Origin: Gammaproteobacteria bacterium
Lineage (GTDB): Bacteria > Pseudomonadota > Gammaproteobacteria > UBA4575
Direction of reading: 5' to 3'
Assembly (NCBI GenBank): GCA_965221955.1
Contig: CBDCTA010000022.1
Span: 320,001-384,000, forward strand
DNA length: 64,000 nucleotides
How positions within the stretch are numbered: position 1 is the first letter of the stretch; each line of letters begins with the position of its first letter. The notes under the pieces are model-generated. The model had not been told where the DNA came from. It was given only the letters and a program-made list of their open reading frames with translations, and did not search any database. The position numbers and the translations under genes are program-made. Below, piece by piece: positions 31,501-42,393 of this stretch.

Positions 31501-32952
31501 ATGCAAAGACAAGTCATTCAGCGTGTACTAGGAATTTTGTTAGCGTGGTTTAGCGTTACCATGCTGCCACCTATTTTGGTAGACCAGCTTTACGCAGAAC
31601 AAGCCTATTTCCCATTTGTAATGGCATTTGTGATTACTTTGGTTACAGGTTTGTTGATGTGGTACCCAGTTCGTCATCACCGGGATGACCTTCGTTTACG
31701 AGATGGATTTTTAATTGTTGTATTGTTTTGGACAGTATTGGGTATTTTTGGCTCTCTACCACTACTATTAAGTAACTCGCTCTCTATAGGTGTTACAGAT
31801 GCGATCTTCGAATCCGTTTCAGGGTTAACTACTACGGGCGCAACGGTAGTCATTAATTTAGATGATTTACCAAAATCAATTTTGTTTTACAGGCAATCAC
31901 TGCAATGGTTAGGAGGTATGGGGATAATTGTATTAGCTGTTGCTATTCTTCCTATGCTGGGTGTCGGCGGTATGCAGCTTTATCGCGCGGAAACACCTGG
32001 GCCGGTTAAAGATACAAAACTAACTCCACGTATTAAAGAAACTGCTAAAGCACTTTGGTATATCTATTTATCTTTAACGATTGCGTGCGCAGTAGGTTAT
32101 TGGTTAGCAGGAATGAAGGTGTTTGATGCGATTGGCCACAGTTTTTCAACAGTAGCAATAGGTGGATTTTCAACTCATGATCTAAGCATCGGTTATTACA
32201 ACAGTAGAATGATTGAAACTGTTGCCATCATTTTTATGTTGTTGTCAGGTTTAAATTTTGGTCTACATTTTATTACCTGGAAATCACTAAGCTTGCGCCA
32301 TTATTTCCAAGATGCGGAATTTAAAACGTATTTTTTCGTAATCATAGCGATTACAACTATTGCCGCGGTATTTTTGCGGATTGGAGAAGTCTATTTGAGT
32401 TGGGGAGATGCTTTTTCAAAAGCTGTGTTTCATTCGGTCTCGATTGCGACAACCACTGGATTTACTACTTCTCAATATCATTTCTGGCCTAGTTTTTTAC
32501 CGTTACTATTATTGTTAGCGAGTTTTATTGGTGGTTGTACGGGGTCAACTGGTGGAGGGATGAAAGTAATCCGTGTGCTGTTATTAGTTAAGCAAGGTAT
32601 GCGCGAAATGCTACGTCTAATACATCCAAACGCAAAAATTGCAGTTAAGATTGGCTCAAAAGCGGTAGATAGCCGTGTAATTGAAGCAGTATGGGGATTT
32701 TTCTCAGCGTATATCGGTGTATTTGTAGTAATGCTTTTATTACTCATGGCATCAGGCTTAGATCAGATCACCGCTTTCTCAGCAGTTACTGCAACTCTTA
32801 ATAATCTTGGCCCAGGTTTAGGAGAAGTCGGTTCTAACTACACAAGTATTAATGACTTTAGTAAATGGGTATTATGTTTAGGGATGTTATTGGGCCGTCT
32901 CGAAATTTTTACTTTATTAGTCATACTTACCCCAGCATTTTGGCGTAGGTAG
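31501..32952 (+). CDS. trkH: Trk potassium uptake membrane subunit
   Basis: FESVSGLTTTGAT, QWLGGMGII, GSTGGGMK and LNNLGPGL. Confidence 0.95.
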   Translation: MQRQVIQRVLGILLAWFSVTMLPPILVDQLYAEQAYFPFVMAFVITLVTGLLMWYPVRHHRDDLRLRDGFLIVVLFWTVLGIFGSLPLLLSNSLSIGVTDAIFESVSGLTTTGATVVINLDDLPKSILFYRQSLQWLGGMGIIVLAVAILPMLGVGGMQLYRAETPGPVKDTKLTPRIKETAKALWYIYLSLTIACAVGYWLAGMKVFDAIGHSFSTVAIGGFSTHDLSIGYYNSRMIETVAIIFMLLSGLNFGLHFITWKSLSLRHYFQDAEFKTYFFVIIAITTIAAVFLRIGEVYLSWGDAFSKAVFHSVSIATTTGFTTSQYHFWPSFLPLLLLLASFIGGCTGSTGGGMKVIRVLLLVKQGMREMLRLIHPNAKIAVKIGSKAVDSRVIEAVWGFFSAYIGVFVVMLLLLMASGLDQITAFSAVTATLNNLGPGLGEVGSNYTSINDFSKWVLCLGMLLGRLEIFTLLVILTPAFWRR

Positions 32953-33083
32953 TGCATGAAGCTTTGATTTAATCTGATACGTCGTTAAAAAATTTCTCAA
33001 TTTCGTTCATGTATAAGTAAATACATATTACTCATTTCGAAAGTTTTTGCCTCATCTCAAACTAAATCAAAGCATCTTTAACA

Positions 33084-33677
33084 GTGTGTGACAAAAAAGT
33101 AGTAGAAAAGTGGGACAAAATTTATGCTTCACAAAAGCTGTCTGATGCAAATTTAGCAATTAAACCCGCAGACGTTTTGTATCACCATGCCTGTTTATTG
33201 CCGAAAACTGGAGTTGCGCTTGATCTTGCATGTGGCTTAGGAGGGAATGCGGTTTATTTAGCACAGCATGGTTTACACACGCATGCATGGGATATTTCAC
33301 AACAGGCGATTGATTACTTGCAAAGTTACAGTAATGAAAATTCACTCTCTATCAATACAGAAGCGCGAGATGTAGAGCAACATCCACCTGATGCAGATTC
33401 ATTTGATGTGATTTGTGTGAGTTACTATTTGCAGCGCGAGCTTGTGTCTAAAATAGTAGCCGCACTGAAACCGAACGGATTATTATTTTATCAAACCTTT
33501 GTACATGAATGTGTTAGCGATACTGGACCTAAAAATCCTAAATATCGTTTACACGCAAACGAATTATTAACGCTTTTTTCGCCACTACATGTCTTGGCAT
33601 ACCAAGAATATGGATGTGTAGGAGATGTTGATCAAGGTTTACGAGATGTTGCAATGTTGGTAGCGCAAAAAAGATGA
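33084..33677 (+). CDS. class I SAM-dependent methyltransferase (TehB-like)
   Basis: ALDLACGLGGNA, AWDIS, FDVI and LKPNGLL. Confidence 0.8.
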   Translation: MCDKKVVEKWDKIYASQKLSDANLAIKPADVLYHHACLLPKTGVALDLACGLGGNAVYLAQHGLHTHAWDISQQAIDYLQSYSNENSLSINTEARDVEQHPPDADSFDVICVSYYLQRELVSKIVAALKPNGLLFYQTFVHECVSDTGPKNPKYRLHANELLTLFSPLHVLAYQEYGCVGDVDQGLRDVAMLVAQKR

Positions 33678-33701
33678 ATTAGAGCATTATTTGCTAAAAA
33701 A

Positions 33702-34658
33702 ATGTCATTAAAAAAACTTTATCCCGAAATTGAGCCTTATCACGAATTTCAATTAAAAGTTTCGGCTTTACATACTTTATGGATTGAAGAATGTGGTAAT
33801 CCACATGGTATTCCAGTAGTTTTTCTACATGGAGGTCCAGGTGCTGGATGTGAGCCGTTTCAACGACGATTTTTTGATCCTAAACAATATCGAATTATTT
33901 TATTTGATCAACGTGGTTGTGGTCGGTCGACCCCACATGCTGAATTACAAGAAAATACTACGCAACATTTAGTTGCTGATATTGAAACCATACGACAATA
34001 TTTGAAAATTGAACAGTGGTTGGTATTTGGCGGCTCATGGGGCTCAACCTTGGCTATCGCATATGCTGAATCACATGCAGAATGCGTTAGTGGGCTAATA
34101 TTACGCGGTATTTTTCTTTGTCGTCGACGTGATATTCAATGGTTCTATCAAGATGGTGCGAGTTATATTTATCCTGACTTATGGCAAGACTATATAAAAG
34201 TTATCGACAAAAATGAACGCGGAGATTTAGTCCGAGCGTTTTATAAACATTTAACTTCAGATGATGAAAATACGCGTTTGCAAGCAGCGCGTGCTTGGTC
34301 TGTTTGGGAAGGGAGTACTTCAAACTTAATTACTAAACCAAGTGTGTTAAATCATTTTGCTGATAAGCATACGGCTTTGAGTTTGGCGCGTATTGAATGT
34401 CATTACTTTATTAATGATTCTTTCTTAATAGAAAATCAATTGCTTGAAGATGCCAATAAACTGCAAGACATTCCAGGAGTTATTGTGCATGGGCGTTATG
34501 ATGTAGTTTGTCCGATTGAGCAAGCCTATGCATTGCACCAAGCTTGGACAAACGCAGAATTTATTATTGCACCTTGTTCGGGTCATTCAGCAACGGAAGA
34601 CGAAATTGTTAATACCCTGGTTGAAGCCACTCAAAAGTTTGCTAAGCAATTATCATGA
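33702..34658 (+). CDS. pip: proline iminopeptidase
   Basis: LHGGPG, FDQRGCGRS, GGSWGSTL and GRYDVVCP. Confidence 0.93.
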   Translation: MSLKKLYPEIEPYHEFQLKVSALHTLWIEECGNPHGIPVVFLHGGPGAGCEPFQRRFFDPKQYRIILFDQRGCGRSTPHAELQENTTQHLVADIETIRQYLKIEQWLVFGGSWGSTLAIAYAESHAECVSGLILRGIFLCRRRDIQWFYQDGASYIYPDLWQDYIKVIDKNERGDLVRAFYKHLTSDDENTRLQAARAWSVWEGSTSNLITKPSVLNHFADKHTALSLARIECHYFINDSFLIENQLLEDANKLQDIPGVIVHGRYDVVCPIEQAYALHQAWTNAEFIIAPCSGHSATEDEIVNTLVEATQKFAKQLS

Positions 34659-35092
34659 TCGCTTTGCTGCAACGGGTAACTTCTGCCAGTGTGGAAATTG
34701 CAAATGAAACGGTGGGCGAAATTGATGCTGGAATGTTGGTATTCCTGGCAGTGCAAAAAAAAGACGTCCAGGCAACGGCAGACGCTATGTTACAGCGAAT
34801 ATTAGCTTACCGGATATTTGCGGATAGTGCGGGTAAGATGAATAGAAATATTACAGAGGTTGAAGGCGGCATATTACTCGTTCCGCAATTTACCCTTGCA
34901 GCTGATACTAAAAAAGGCTTACGGCCAAATTTCTCCTCCGCAGCGACCCCTGATCACGGCAAACAACTCTTTGATTACTTTTTAGACAAATTAAAAGCTG
35001 AATATGTTAAAGTTTCATCAGGAAAGTTTGGTGCCGATATGCAAGTGCACTTGGTGAATAACGGACCAGTAACTTTCTGGCTAGAAATATAG
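34655..35092 (+). CDS. dtd: D-aminoacyl-tRNA deacylase
   Basis: LLQRV, PQFTL and FGADMQVHLVNNGPVTF. Confidence 0.93.
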   Translation: MIALLQRVTSASVEIANETVGEIDAGMLVFLAVQKKDVQATADAMLQRILAYRIFADSAGKMNRNITEVEGGILLVPQFTLAADTKKGLRPNFSSAATPDHGKQLFDYFLDKLKAEYVKVSSGKFGADMQVHLVNNGPVTFWLEI

Positions 35093-35141
35093 CAAGACAA
35101 CATAAAAAATTAATTTACTAACAAATCAATCTACAACCCCT

Positions 35142-35735
35142 GTGACTGCACGTACTGCGAGTGTTGAACGCAACACCAACGAAACCCAAATAGCGATTAA
35201 ATTGAATCTCGATGGTGATGGCCGATCTTCTTTGCAGACAGGCATCCCTTTTTTTGAGCATATGTTGGACCAAATCGCACGTCATGGCATGTTGGATTTA
35301 AATATTGATGCCAAAGGTGATCTTGAAATAGATGCACATCATACTGTGGAAGATGTTGGCATTACCTTAGGACAAGCATTTAGCCAAGCGATTGGAGATA
35401 AAACAGGTATTGTTCGTTATGGTCATGCTTATGTGCCACTAGACGAAGCGCTGTCACGCGTCGTAGTTGATTTTTCGGGTCGTCCAGGCTTAGAGTTTCG
35501 AGCACAGTTCCCGCGAGCACGCGTGGGAGATTTTGATGTTGATCTCACACATGAGTTTTTTCAAGGCTTTGTGAATCATGCCAATGTAACTTTGCACATC
35601 GACAATTTATCAGGGGATAACTCGCACCACATCGCTGAGACAATTTTTAAAGCGTTTGGGCGCGCACTGCGTATGGCCATTACAGCAGATGAACGCATGC
35701 AAGGTGTTGTGCCATCCACAAAAGGAACCTTGTAA
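35142..35735 (+). CDS. hisB: imidazoleglycerol-phosphate dehydratase
   Basis: [17 protein letters not shown] and [12 protein letters not shown]; monofunctional form. Confidence 0.95.
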   Translation: MTARTASVERNTNETQIAIKLNLDGDGRSSLQTGIPFFEHMLDQIARHGMLDLNIDAKGDLEIDAHHTVEDVGITLGQAFSQAIGDKTGIVRYGHAYVPLDEALSRVVVDFSGRPGLEFRAQFPRARVGDFDVDLTHEFFQGFVNHANVTLHIDNLSGDNSHHIAETIFKAFGRALRMAITADERMQGVVPSTKGTL

Positions 35736-35752
35736 AATAGATTTTTCTTAAC

Positions 35753-36409
35753 ATGAATATCGCTATCATCGATTACGGCATGGGGAACTTATATTCGGTT
35801 GCGAAAGCAGCAGAACATGTAGCCGAAGCAAAAGATAATATTTTTGTAACTTCGAGCGCTGAACAAATCGCAACCTCTGACAAAGTAATTTTTCCTGGTC
35901 AAGGCGCAGCAAAAGATTGCATGAGTGCTTTACAAGAATATGATTTAAAAGATGCGATTATTAGCGCGGCCGATCAAAAACCTTTTCTAGGAATTTGTAT
36001 GGGTATGCAAGTATTGATGCAAATGAGCGAAGAAAATGAAGGCGTGAATTGTTTAGGTCTTTTTCAAGGCAAAGTTAAATATTTTGGCAATCACATCAAC
36101 ATAGGTTCACAAGATAATAGTTATAAAGTACCGCATATGGGTTGGAATGCCATTCAACAACAGCAAAATCATCCTTTATGGAAAGGTATTGATGAAGCTA
36201 GTTATTTTTATTTTGTACATAGTTACTTTGTATGTGCCGAACAACAGGAACTCATTACTGGTACTACAGATTACGGCGTAACTTTTGCATCCGTTATTGC
36301 CCGTGATAATGTTTTTGCTATGCAATGTCATCCTGAAAAGAGTGCACAAGCTGGCTTGCAACTATTAAAAAACTTTATACACTGGGACGGTAGTCGTAGT
36401 GTTCATTAA
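35753..36409 (+). CDS. hisH: imidazole glycerol phosphate synthase glutaminase subunit
   Basis: IDYGMGNL, FPGQG, GICMGMQ, VPHMGWN and HPEKS. Confidence 0.95.
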   Translation: MNIAIIDYGMGNLYSVAKAAEHVAEAKDNIFVTSSAEQIATSDKVIFPGQGAAKDCMSALQEYDLKDAIISAADQKPFLGICMGMQVLMQMSEENEGVNCLGLFQGKVKYFGNHINIGSQDNSYKVPHMGWNAIQQQQNHPLWKGIDEASYFYFVHSYFVCAEQQELITGTTDYGVTFASVIARDNVFAMQCHPEKSAQAGLQLLKNFIHWDGSRSVH

Positions 36410-36412
36410 TTC

Positions 36413-37150
36413 ATGATCATAATACCTGCGATAGATTTGAAAGATGGTAAATGCGTGCGTCTGCGACAGGGCAGCATGGACGAAGTCACAGTATTTTCTG
36501 AAGACCCTGTTGCCATGGCGGATCAATGGGTTGAGGCTGGTGCACAACGTTTACATATTGTAGATCTTGATGGGGCGACATCTGGTGCTCCTAAAAATCG
36601 CGAAATTATTCATACTATTACGGATAATCATCCAGACTTACCCATACAAATAGGAGGCGGTATTCGTGATGAAGATACCGTGCAAGCTTATTTAGACGTG
36701 GGTGTTCAGTACGTCATTATTGGCACTAAAGCAGTTAGTGCCCCGCATTTTGTTAATGATTTATGTTTAGAATTTCCTGGACACATCATTGTTGGTTTAG
36801 ATGCTAAAGATGGCAAAGTAGCCATCGATGGTTGGTCTAAATTATCACATCACGATGTAATTGATATGGCGCAACATTTCGAAGCAGATGGAGTGGCTGC
36901 AATTGTGTTTACCGATATTAGTCGAGACGGCATGATGGAAGGGCTGAATGTAGACTCTACTGCTGAACTCTCTGCTGCCATACACATACCTGTAATTGCA
37001 TCAGGTGGTGTAACGGATGAAAATGATATTAAACGTTTATGCGAATGTGATGAAGAAGGCATCGTAGGTGTAATCGTCGGACGGGCACTTTATGAAGGCA
37101 CTATCGACTTACAACATGCACAAAAACTTGCAGATTCTTATCAGCCGTAA
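36413..37150 (+). CDS. hisA: ProFAR isomerase
   Basis: [28 protein letters not shown] and TDISRDG. Confidence 0.95.
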   Translation: MIIIPAIDLKDGKCVRLRQGSMDEVTVFSEDPVAMADQWVEAGAQRLHIVDLDGATSGAPKNREIIHTITDNHPDLPIQIGGGIRDEDTVQAYLDVGVQYVIIGTKAVSAPHFVNDLCLEFPGHIIVGLDAKDGKVAIDGWSKLSHHDVIDMAQHFEADGVAAIVFTDISRDGMMEGLNVDSTAELSAAIHIPVIASGGVTDENDIKRLCECDEEGIVGVIVGRALYEGTIDLQHAQKLADSYQP

Positions 37151-37218
37151 TTATATCTAAGCATTTTCAGGTTAACGAATGGCATGACTGCTGTTTATTC
37201 TTGTTCCTTAAATTAAGT

Positions 37219-37992
37219 ATGCCTTTAGCTAAAAGAATCATTCCTTGCCTCGATGTTGATGCGGGTCGTGTTGTAAAGGGCGTTAAATTTGTCGATATTC
37301 GTGATGCAGGTGATCCAGTAGAAATTGCTAAACGCTACGACACCGAAGGTGCTGACGAAATTACATTTTTAGATATCACTGCTAGTTCAGATAATCGCGA
37401 TACCATGGTACATGTGGTTGAACGAGTGGCGGCAGAGGTGTTCATACCATTAACTGTAGGTGGTGGTATTCGTAAAGTGGAAGATATTCGCACATTGTTA
37501 AATGCTGGTGCCGACAAAGTGGGTATTAATACCGCAGCAGTATTCAATCCTGAATTTGTACAACAAGCTAGTGACAAAGTAGGTTCGCAATGCATCGTCG
37601 TCGCGATTGATGCCAAACAAGTGAGTAAGCAAGGCGAGCCTCTAAAATGGGAAATTTTCACGCATGGTGGGCGCAAAGCAACCGGTCTAGATGCTATGGA
37701 CTGGGCAGAGAAAATGCAACAATATGGTGCTGGAGAGATCTTACTCACCAGTATGGATCGAGACGGCACTAAAATTGGTTTTGACTTAGAACTGACTCGA
37801 TCAATTAGCGAGGCCGTTGGTATTCCCGTTATTGCCTCTGGGGGTGTAGGCACATTGGCACACTTGGTTGAGGGCGTGACAATTGGTAAAGCCGACGCAG
37901 TATTGGCTGCAAGCATATTTCATTTTGGTGAATATTCTATACAAGAAGCAAAAAGTTATATGGCAGAACAGGGTATTGTGGTAAGAAGATAA
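37219..37992 (+). CDS. hisF: imidazole glycerol phosphate synthase cyclase subunit
   Basis: [19 protein letters not shown] and TSMDRDGT; start trimmed to ATG 37219. Confidence 0.96.
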   Translation: MPLAKRIIPCLDVDAGRVVKGVKFVDIRDAGDPVEIAKRYDTEGADEITFLDITASSDNRDTMVHVVERVAAEVFIPLTVGGGIRKVEDIRTLLNAGADKVGINTAAVFNPEFVQQASDKVGSQCIVVAIDAKQVSKQGEPLKWEIFTHGGRKATGLDAMDWAEKMQQYGAGEILLTSMDRDGTKIGFDLELTRSISEAVGIPVIASGGVGTLAHLVEGVTIGKADAVLAASIFHFGEYSIQEAKSYMAEQGIVVRR

Positions 37993-37994
37993 TC

Positions 37995-38315
37995 ATGGAA
38001 AAGCAGCAAACCCTAACAAAGTTAGCCGAGATTCTCGAGCAACGTAAAACTGCAAAAGCTGACGAATCATATGTAGCAAGTTTATATGAGTCGGGTATAG
38101 AAAAAATCCTCGCTAAAATAAATGAAGAAGCAGAAGAAGTGATTGATGCTGCAAAGGAGGAAGATGCTGAACATTTAATTCATGAGGTAGCAGACTTATG
38201 GTTTCATTGTATGGTGATGTTAGCGCATAAAAACCTTCATCATGAGGATGTATTGGTAGAATTAGAAAAGCGCTTTGGTATTTCAGGTCTAGTAGAAAAA
38301 GCGCAGCGGGAGTAA
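37995..38315 (+). CDS. hisE: phosphoribosyl-ATP diphosphatase
   Basis: SYVASL, KINEEAEE, EVADLWFH and RFGISGL; no HisI domain. Confidence 0.92.
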   Translation: MEKQQTLTKLAEILEQRKTAKADESYVASLYESGIEKILAKINEEAEEVIDAAKEEDAEHLIHEVADLWFHCMVMLAHKNLHHEDVLVELEKRFGISGLVEKAQRE

Positions 38316-38346
38316 CAAATTTCAAAAGTGAATAGGAGTATGAATT

Positions 38347-38529
38347 ATGGGAATTAGCCCTTGGCAATTACTGATTGTACTGGTCATCGTTGTATTAATT
38401 TTTGGCACAAAAAAATTGCGCAACATGGGTGGTGATATAGGTGGTGCTGTTAAAAATTTCAAAAAGTCAATGAAAGACGAGGATGACACTAACAGCGCTG
38501 ATTCGGAAGAGGACACACCTAAAGAATAA
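38347..38529 (+). CDS. tatA: Tat translocase subunit TatA
   Basis: [27 protein letters not shown]. Confidence 0.95.
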   Translation: MGISPWQLLIVLVIVVLIFGTKKLRNMGGDIGGAVKNFKKSMKDEDDTNSADSEEDTPKE

Positions 38530-38559
38530 CGACTTATCTAAATAAACCAGCGTTCATCT

Positions 38560-38958
38560 ATGTTTGATTTTGGTTTTTGGGAACTCACGATTGTCATGGT
38601 GGTGGCATTGTTAGTAGTGGGTCCAGAACGTTTACCGGCACTGGCTGGACAAGTCGGTAAGTGGGTGGGTAAAGCTAAGCGCGTAATTGAAAGTGTTCGT
38701 TCGGATATTGAGTCTGAGATTAAAGCAGCAGAGCTTAAAGAGATATTAGAAAAGCAGCAAAATGAAATTGGTGAGCTAAAAGAAATGCTCAAAGATACTC
38801 AAACTGAAATCGAAAAAGATTTTGAAGAAGACGATGATCGTGAATTGATTAAAGCGGTTGAAAAACATATCGAGTCCACTAAAAAAGAATCCACCCTCCA
38901 ACAAGAACTATCTCTAGGTTCAGAGGCTAACACTACAGATAAACATGAAGTCGACTAA
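38560..38958 (+). CDS. tatB: Tat translocase subunit TatB
   Basis: MFDFGFWEL...VGPERLP. Confidence 0.95.
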   Translation: MFDFGFWELTIVMVVALLVVGPERLPALAGQVGKWVGKAKRVIESVRSDIESEIKAAELKEILEKQQNEIGELKEMLKDTQTEIEKDFEEDDDRELIKAVEKHIESTKKESTLQQELSLGSEANTTDKHEVD

Positions 38959-39823
38959 AGACTCAACAACCTCTGAGGATATGCCCGAGGGCAAACAAGA
39001 AACCCTGCTTACTCACTTATATGAGTTGCGCAGTCGTTTGTTGTGGATTGTAGGTTGTGTGATGTTGGTTTTTTTATGTCTGTTCCCATTCGCAAATGAG
39101 TTGTATGGATATCTAGCCGGACCACTTATGGTGCATATGCCAGAAGGCAGTTCCATGGTTGCTATTGACGTAGCCTCTCCATTTTTAACTCCTTTTAAGT
39201 TTGTTTTTATTCTCAGTATTGTATTGTCTATTCCGATTATTCTTTTTCATGTTTGGGGGTTTATTGCCCCGGGTCTATATAGCCATGAAAAACGTTTAGC
39301 CTTTCCTATTATCATTTCGAGCTCCATTCTTTTTTATGTCGGTATGGCCTTTGCTTACTTTGTAGTATTCCCATTAATGTTTGCTTTTTTTACCAAGGTA
39401 GCTCCTCAAGGAGTGGCTGTGATGACTGATATTGGGCGCTATTTGGATTTTGTGTTGAAAATTTTTATCGCTTTTGGTGTTGCGTTTGAAGTGCCTATTA
39501 TTACCTTTGTGTTAGTAAAGTTAGGCATTACGAGTGCTCAGCAATTGGCTGCCAAGCGACCTTATGTAATTGTCGGTGCGTTTGTAATTGGCATGCTATT
39601 GACACCGCCTGATGTTATTTCACAATTCTTGCTAGCGATACCAGTATGGCTGTTATTTGAATTAGGTTTAGTTTTCTCGCGCGTAATGATTAATAATAAC
39701 AAGTCTGACGAAACTGCTGTTCAGACGCGAAAAGAGCCACGCTTCAGTGCCATGACTGAAGAGGAACATGAAATGGAAATCAATGAAAATGAACTCTTGG
39801 ATGATTCATCAAATCATAAATAA
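38945..39823 (+). CDS. tatC: Tat translocase subunit TatC
   Basis: HLYELRSRL, FIAPGLY, FEVP and LTPPDVISQ. Confidence 0.95.
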   Translation: MKSTKDSTTSEDMPEGKQETLLTHLYELRSRLLWIVGCVMLVFLCLFPFANELYGYLAGPLMVHMPEGSSMVAIDVASPFLTPFKFVFILSIVLSIPIILFHVWGFIAPGLYSHEKRLAFPIIISSSILFYVGMAFAYFVVFPLMFAFFTKVAPQGVAVMTDIGRYLDFVLKIFIAFGVAFEVPIITFVLVKLGITSAQQLAAKRPYVIVGAFVIGMLLTPPDVISQFLLAIPVWLLFELGLVFSRVMINNNKSDETAVQTRKEPRFSAMTEEEHEMEINENELLDDSSNHK

Positions 39824-39868
39824 CCTCAAACCATAAAAAAATAAATTTCTAAAAACAAGCAAGCAATT

Positions 39869-41413
39869 GTGACAAAGCAAGCAACTATCCGTAATCGGGC
39901 CATGCTGTTAATTCTTGATGGTTTTGGTACCAACCCAAGCAAAGCAAATAATGCAGTGCTGCAAGCACAGACTCCTAAGCTGGATGAATACTTTTCGCAG
40001 TATCCGCACACAGTGTTAGAAGCCTCTGGGGAAGCGGTAGGGTTGCCGCCCGGCCAAATGGGCAATTCAGAAGTGGGCCATATGACAATTGGATGTGGAA
40101 GTATTATCAAGCAAGACTTGATCCGTATTAATGATGCAATTGCTGATGGCAGTTTTTTTGAGATGTCCCCCTTACGCAGAGCATTGGAGAATGCTAGAAA
40201 AAAAGAAGGCTACATTCACATCATAGGACTGATGTCGGATGGCGGTGTGCATTCGCATATTAATCATACCATTGCTTTAATGAAGTTATGCCATGAAGTA
40301 CAAGTACGTCCCGTCTTACACGTCATTACAGATGGTAGAGACTGCCCACCTAAAAGTGCAAAGAAATATATTCGGCAATTAAATAATGCAATTGAAGAAG
40401 TGAATGGTTCAATTGCTACATTGATGGGTCGTTATTATGCGATGGATAGAGATCGCAGATGGGAGCGCACTATTAAAGCATGGGAAGCTTTAGTTCAGCT
40501 TAAAGGTGTAAAATGTACGGATGCTTTGGATGCAATTGATAAAGCCTATGAGCGTGGTGAAACGGATGAGTTTATTACACCTTCAGTATTAGGCAGTGCG
40601 TTGCCATTAACTGAAGAATCGGAAGTCATTTTTACGAATTTTAGAAATGATCGTCCACGCCAGTTAAGTAAGGCATTAGCCAAACCCGATTTTTCTGGTT
40701 TTGATCGCGGTCCTGATTTTGAGCCGATTAAGTTGACCAAAATGACCAAGTACAGCAAAGAATACCTTGGACCAGTAATTTTTGCGCCACGAAAACCCGA
40801 AACAAACTTGGCTGAAGTGGTATCGAAATTAGGCTTATACCAATTTCATTGTGCAGAGACAGAAAAGTATCCACATGTCACCTATTTTTTGAATGGCGGC
40901 CATGAAGATGCCTATGAAGGCGAAGATCGCAAAATGGTGTCTTCGCCAAAAGTGGCGACTTATGATTTACAGCCTGAAATGAGTGCAGAAGAAGTTGCAG
41001 ATGAAGCGATCAAGGCAATTAACAATGAGAGCTACGCTTTGATTGTAGTCAATTTTGCTAACGCTGATATGGTGGGCCACACCGCAGTAAAAGAAGCAAT
41101 AATCAAAGCAATCGAAGCGTTAGACAAACATGCAGGGCGTGTACTCGATGCCGCTAATGAACAAGGGATTTCAGTAGTGTTAACTTCCGACCATGGTAAC
41201 TGCGATGAAATGATCGATCCACGAACAAAAGAACCGCACACGCAACACACTACTTACCCCGTTCCTTGTTTAGTGATCGATAATGGAGCTTGGGATTTAG
41301 CTAATGGTCAAGGACTGAGTGCAGTCGCACCAACCATTTTAGAGTTAATGGGGATCGAACAACCTACGGCGATGACGGGTGAGTCGTTATTAATTCATCA
41401 CAACGGGGATTAA
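39869..41413 (+). CDS. gpmI: 2,3-bisphosphoglycerate-independent phosphoglycerate mutase
   Basis: LILDGFG, GQMGNSEVGH, GRYYAMDRD, AETEKYPHVT and DMVGHT. Confidence 0.95.
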   Translation: MTKQATIRNRAMLLILDGFGTNPSKANNAVLQAQTPKLDEYFSQYPHTVLEASGEAVGLPPGQMGNSEVGHMTIGCGSIIKQDLIRINDAIADGSFFEMSPLRRALENARKKEGYIHIIGLMSDGGVHSHINHTIALMKLCHEVQVRPVLHVITDGRDCPPKSAKKYIRQLNNAIEEVNGSIATLMGRYYAMDRDRRWERTIKAWEALVQLKGVKCTDALDAIDKAYERGETDEFITPSVLGSALPLTEESEVIFTNFRNDRPRQLSKALAKPDFSGFDRGPDFEPIKLTKMTKYSKEYLGPVIFAPRKPETNLAEVVSKLGLYQFHCAETEKYPHVTYFLNGGHEDAYEGEDRKMVSSPKVATYDLQPEMSAEEVADEAIKAINNESYALIVVNFANADMVGHTAVKEAIIKAIEALDKHAGRVLDAANEQGISVVLTSDHGNCDEMIDPRTKEPHTQHTTYPVPCLVIDNGAWDLANGQGLSAVAPTILELMGIEQPTAMTGESLLIHHNGD

Positions 41414-41422
41414 ATTTGTCAT

Positions 41423-42193
41423 TTAATCAAACGGATTCCACCAACGTTTCTTTTTTTTAGGTTCTCCTTCAGTTGTTAGTGTTGGATCGGATTCAGTATT
41501 TTCTTCCGTATTTTGAGCTAGTGTAGCATTAGGCGTACCTTCTTTAGATAAGGTAGTAATCACATCATACAGTTTTGTTGTTGAATAATCGCCACGTATT
41601 GGAAGATTCATCATAGGTTTGCTTGTTTTATGTTTAAAAAATTGTACTAATTTTTGTCGAAATTTAGCAGGAAATTGGTCTTCTCCCCGAGTCAAGGTAC
41701 GTTTAATATCTCCTTGTATTTGGAGCACTCTGTTTCCAAATAAACCAAATTTTTTCCCCGATGCGCTAGCTGAGAGACCTACTCGGTTTACTACAACGTC
41801 AATTTCAGGGCAGGTTCGATAACGCTGATCATATTCCTTACCTTCTTGTACCATCAGACAGATTTTTGAAAGAAATTTAATGTTATCTTGATCTACAGTT
41901 AGATTTCTCACATCTGCACCAAGCTCTAATGCTTTAATAGCTTTTCGTTCTTCTAGTGTAAAGCCATCTTTGATTCCAGGCGCTTCTTCTGTTGAATAAA
42001 TTATGACTTTTTGTTGATAGGGCTGATAATCTGGCGTATCTGAACCGCTTGAAGATTCTGCGCATAGTTGAGTAATCTGTTCTTGGCTGAATCCTTTATC
42101 CAAATAAAACTGTATGTCCTCTTTGTTGCAGGCACCGTATACGTTCTGAAAAAGAAGAGAAAATAAAAGTATAAATGGATAGAGAAATTTCAT
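41423..42193 (-). CDS. hypothetical exported protein
   Basis: Signal peptide (VYG/AC), paired Cys and C-terminal KKKKRWWNPFD; no family recognised. Confidence 0.7.
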   Translation of the reverse strand: MKFLYPFILLFSLLFQNVYGACNKEDIQFYLDKGFSQEQITQLCAESSSGSDTPDYQPYQQKVIIYSTEEAPGIKDGFTLEERKAIKALELGADVRNLTVDQDNIKFLSKICLMVQEGKEYDQRYRTCPEIDVVVNRVGLSASASGKKFGLFGNRVLQIQGDIKRTLTRGEDQFPAKFRQKLVQFFKHKTSKPMMNLPIRGDYSTTKLYDVITTLSKEGTPNATLAQNTEENTESDPTLTTEGEPKKKKRWWNPFD

Positions 42194-42293
42194 TGTTTAA
42201 AAGTGAACCACTAGTTTGTACAGTTAGTGTATGTAATGACACGCACCGAGTCCAACAAGTTCACTATAAACAGTATGGAAAAGATGCATGTAT

Positions 42294-42325
42294 AAAAAAA
42301 TAGGCGCTCAAAGAGCGCCTATTTT
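42294..42325 (-). terminator. intrinsic terminator of the porin gene
   Basis: AAAATAGGCGCTC-AAA-GAGCGCCTATTTT with a 7-T tail on the minus strand. Confidence 0.85.
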
Positions 42326-42393
42326 ATCCTTCTATATTAGATCGTTATCTCGATCTAAACGCTATGATCCTTATAGCGAATAAGGTTGGTTGC

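Noticed and set aside
37335-37916. 193-aa antisense ORF and similar shadow ORFs (e.g. 6523-7071, 31042-31434)
   Set aside because: They lie opposite well-supported genes and show no independent motifs.
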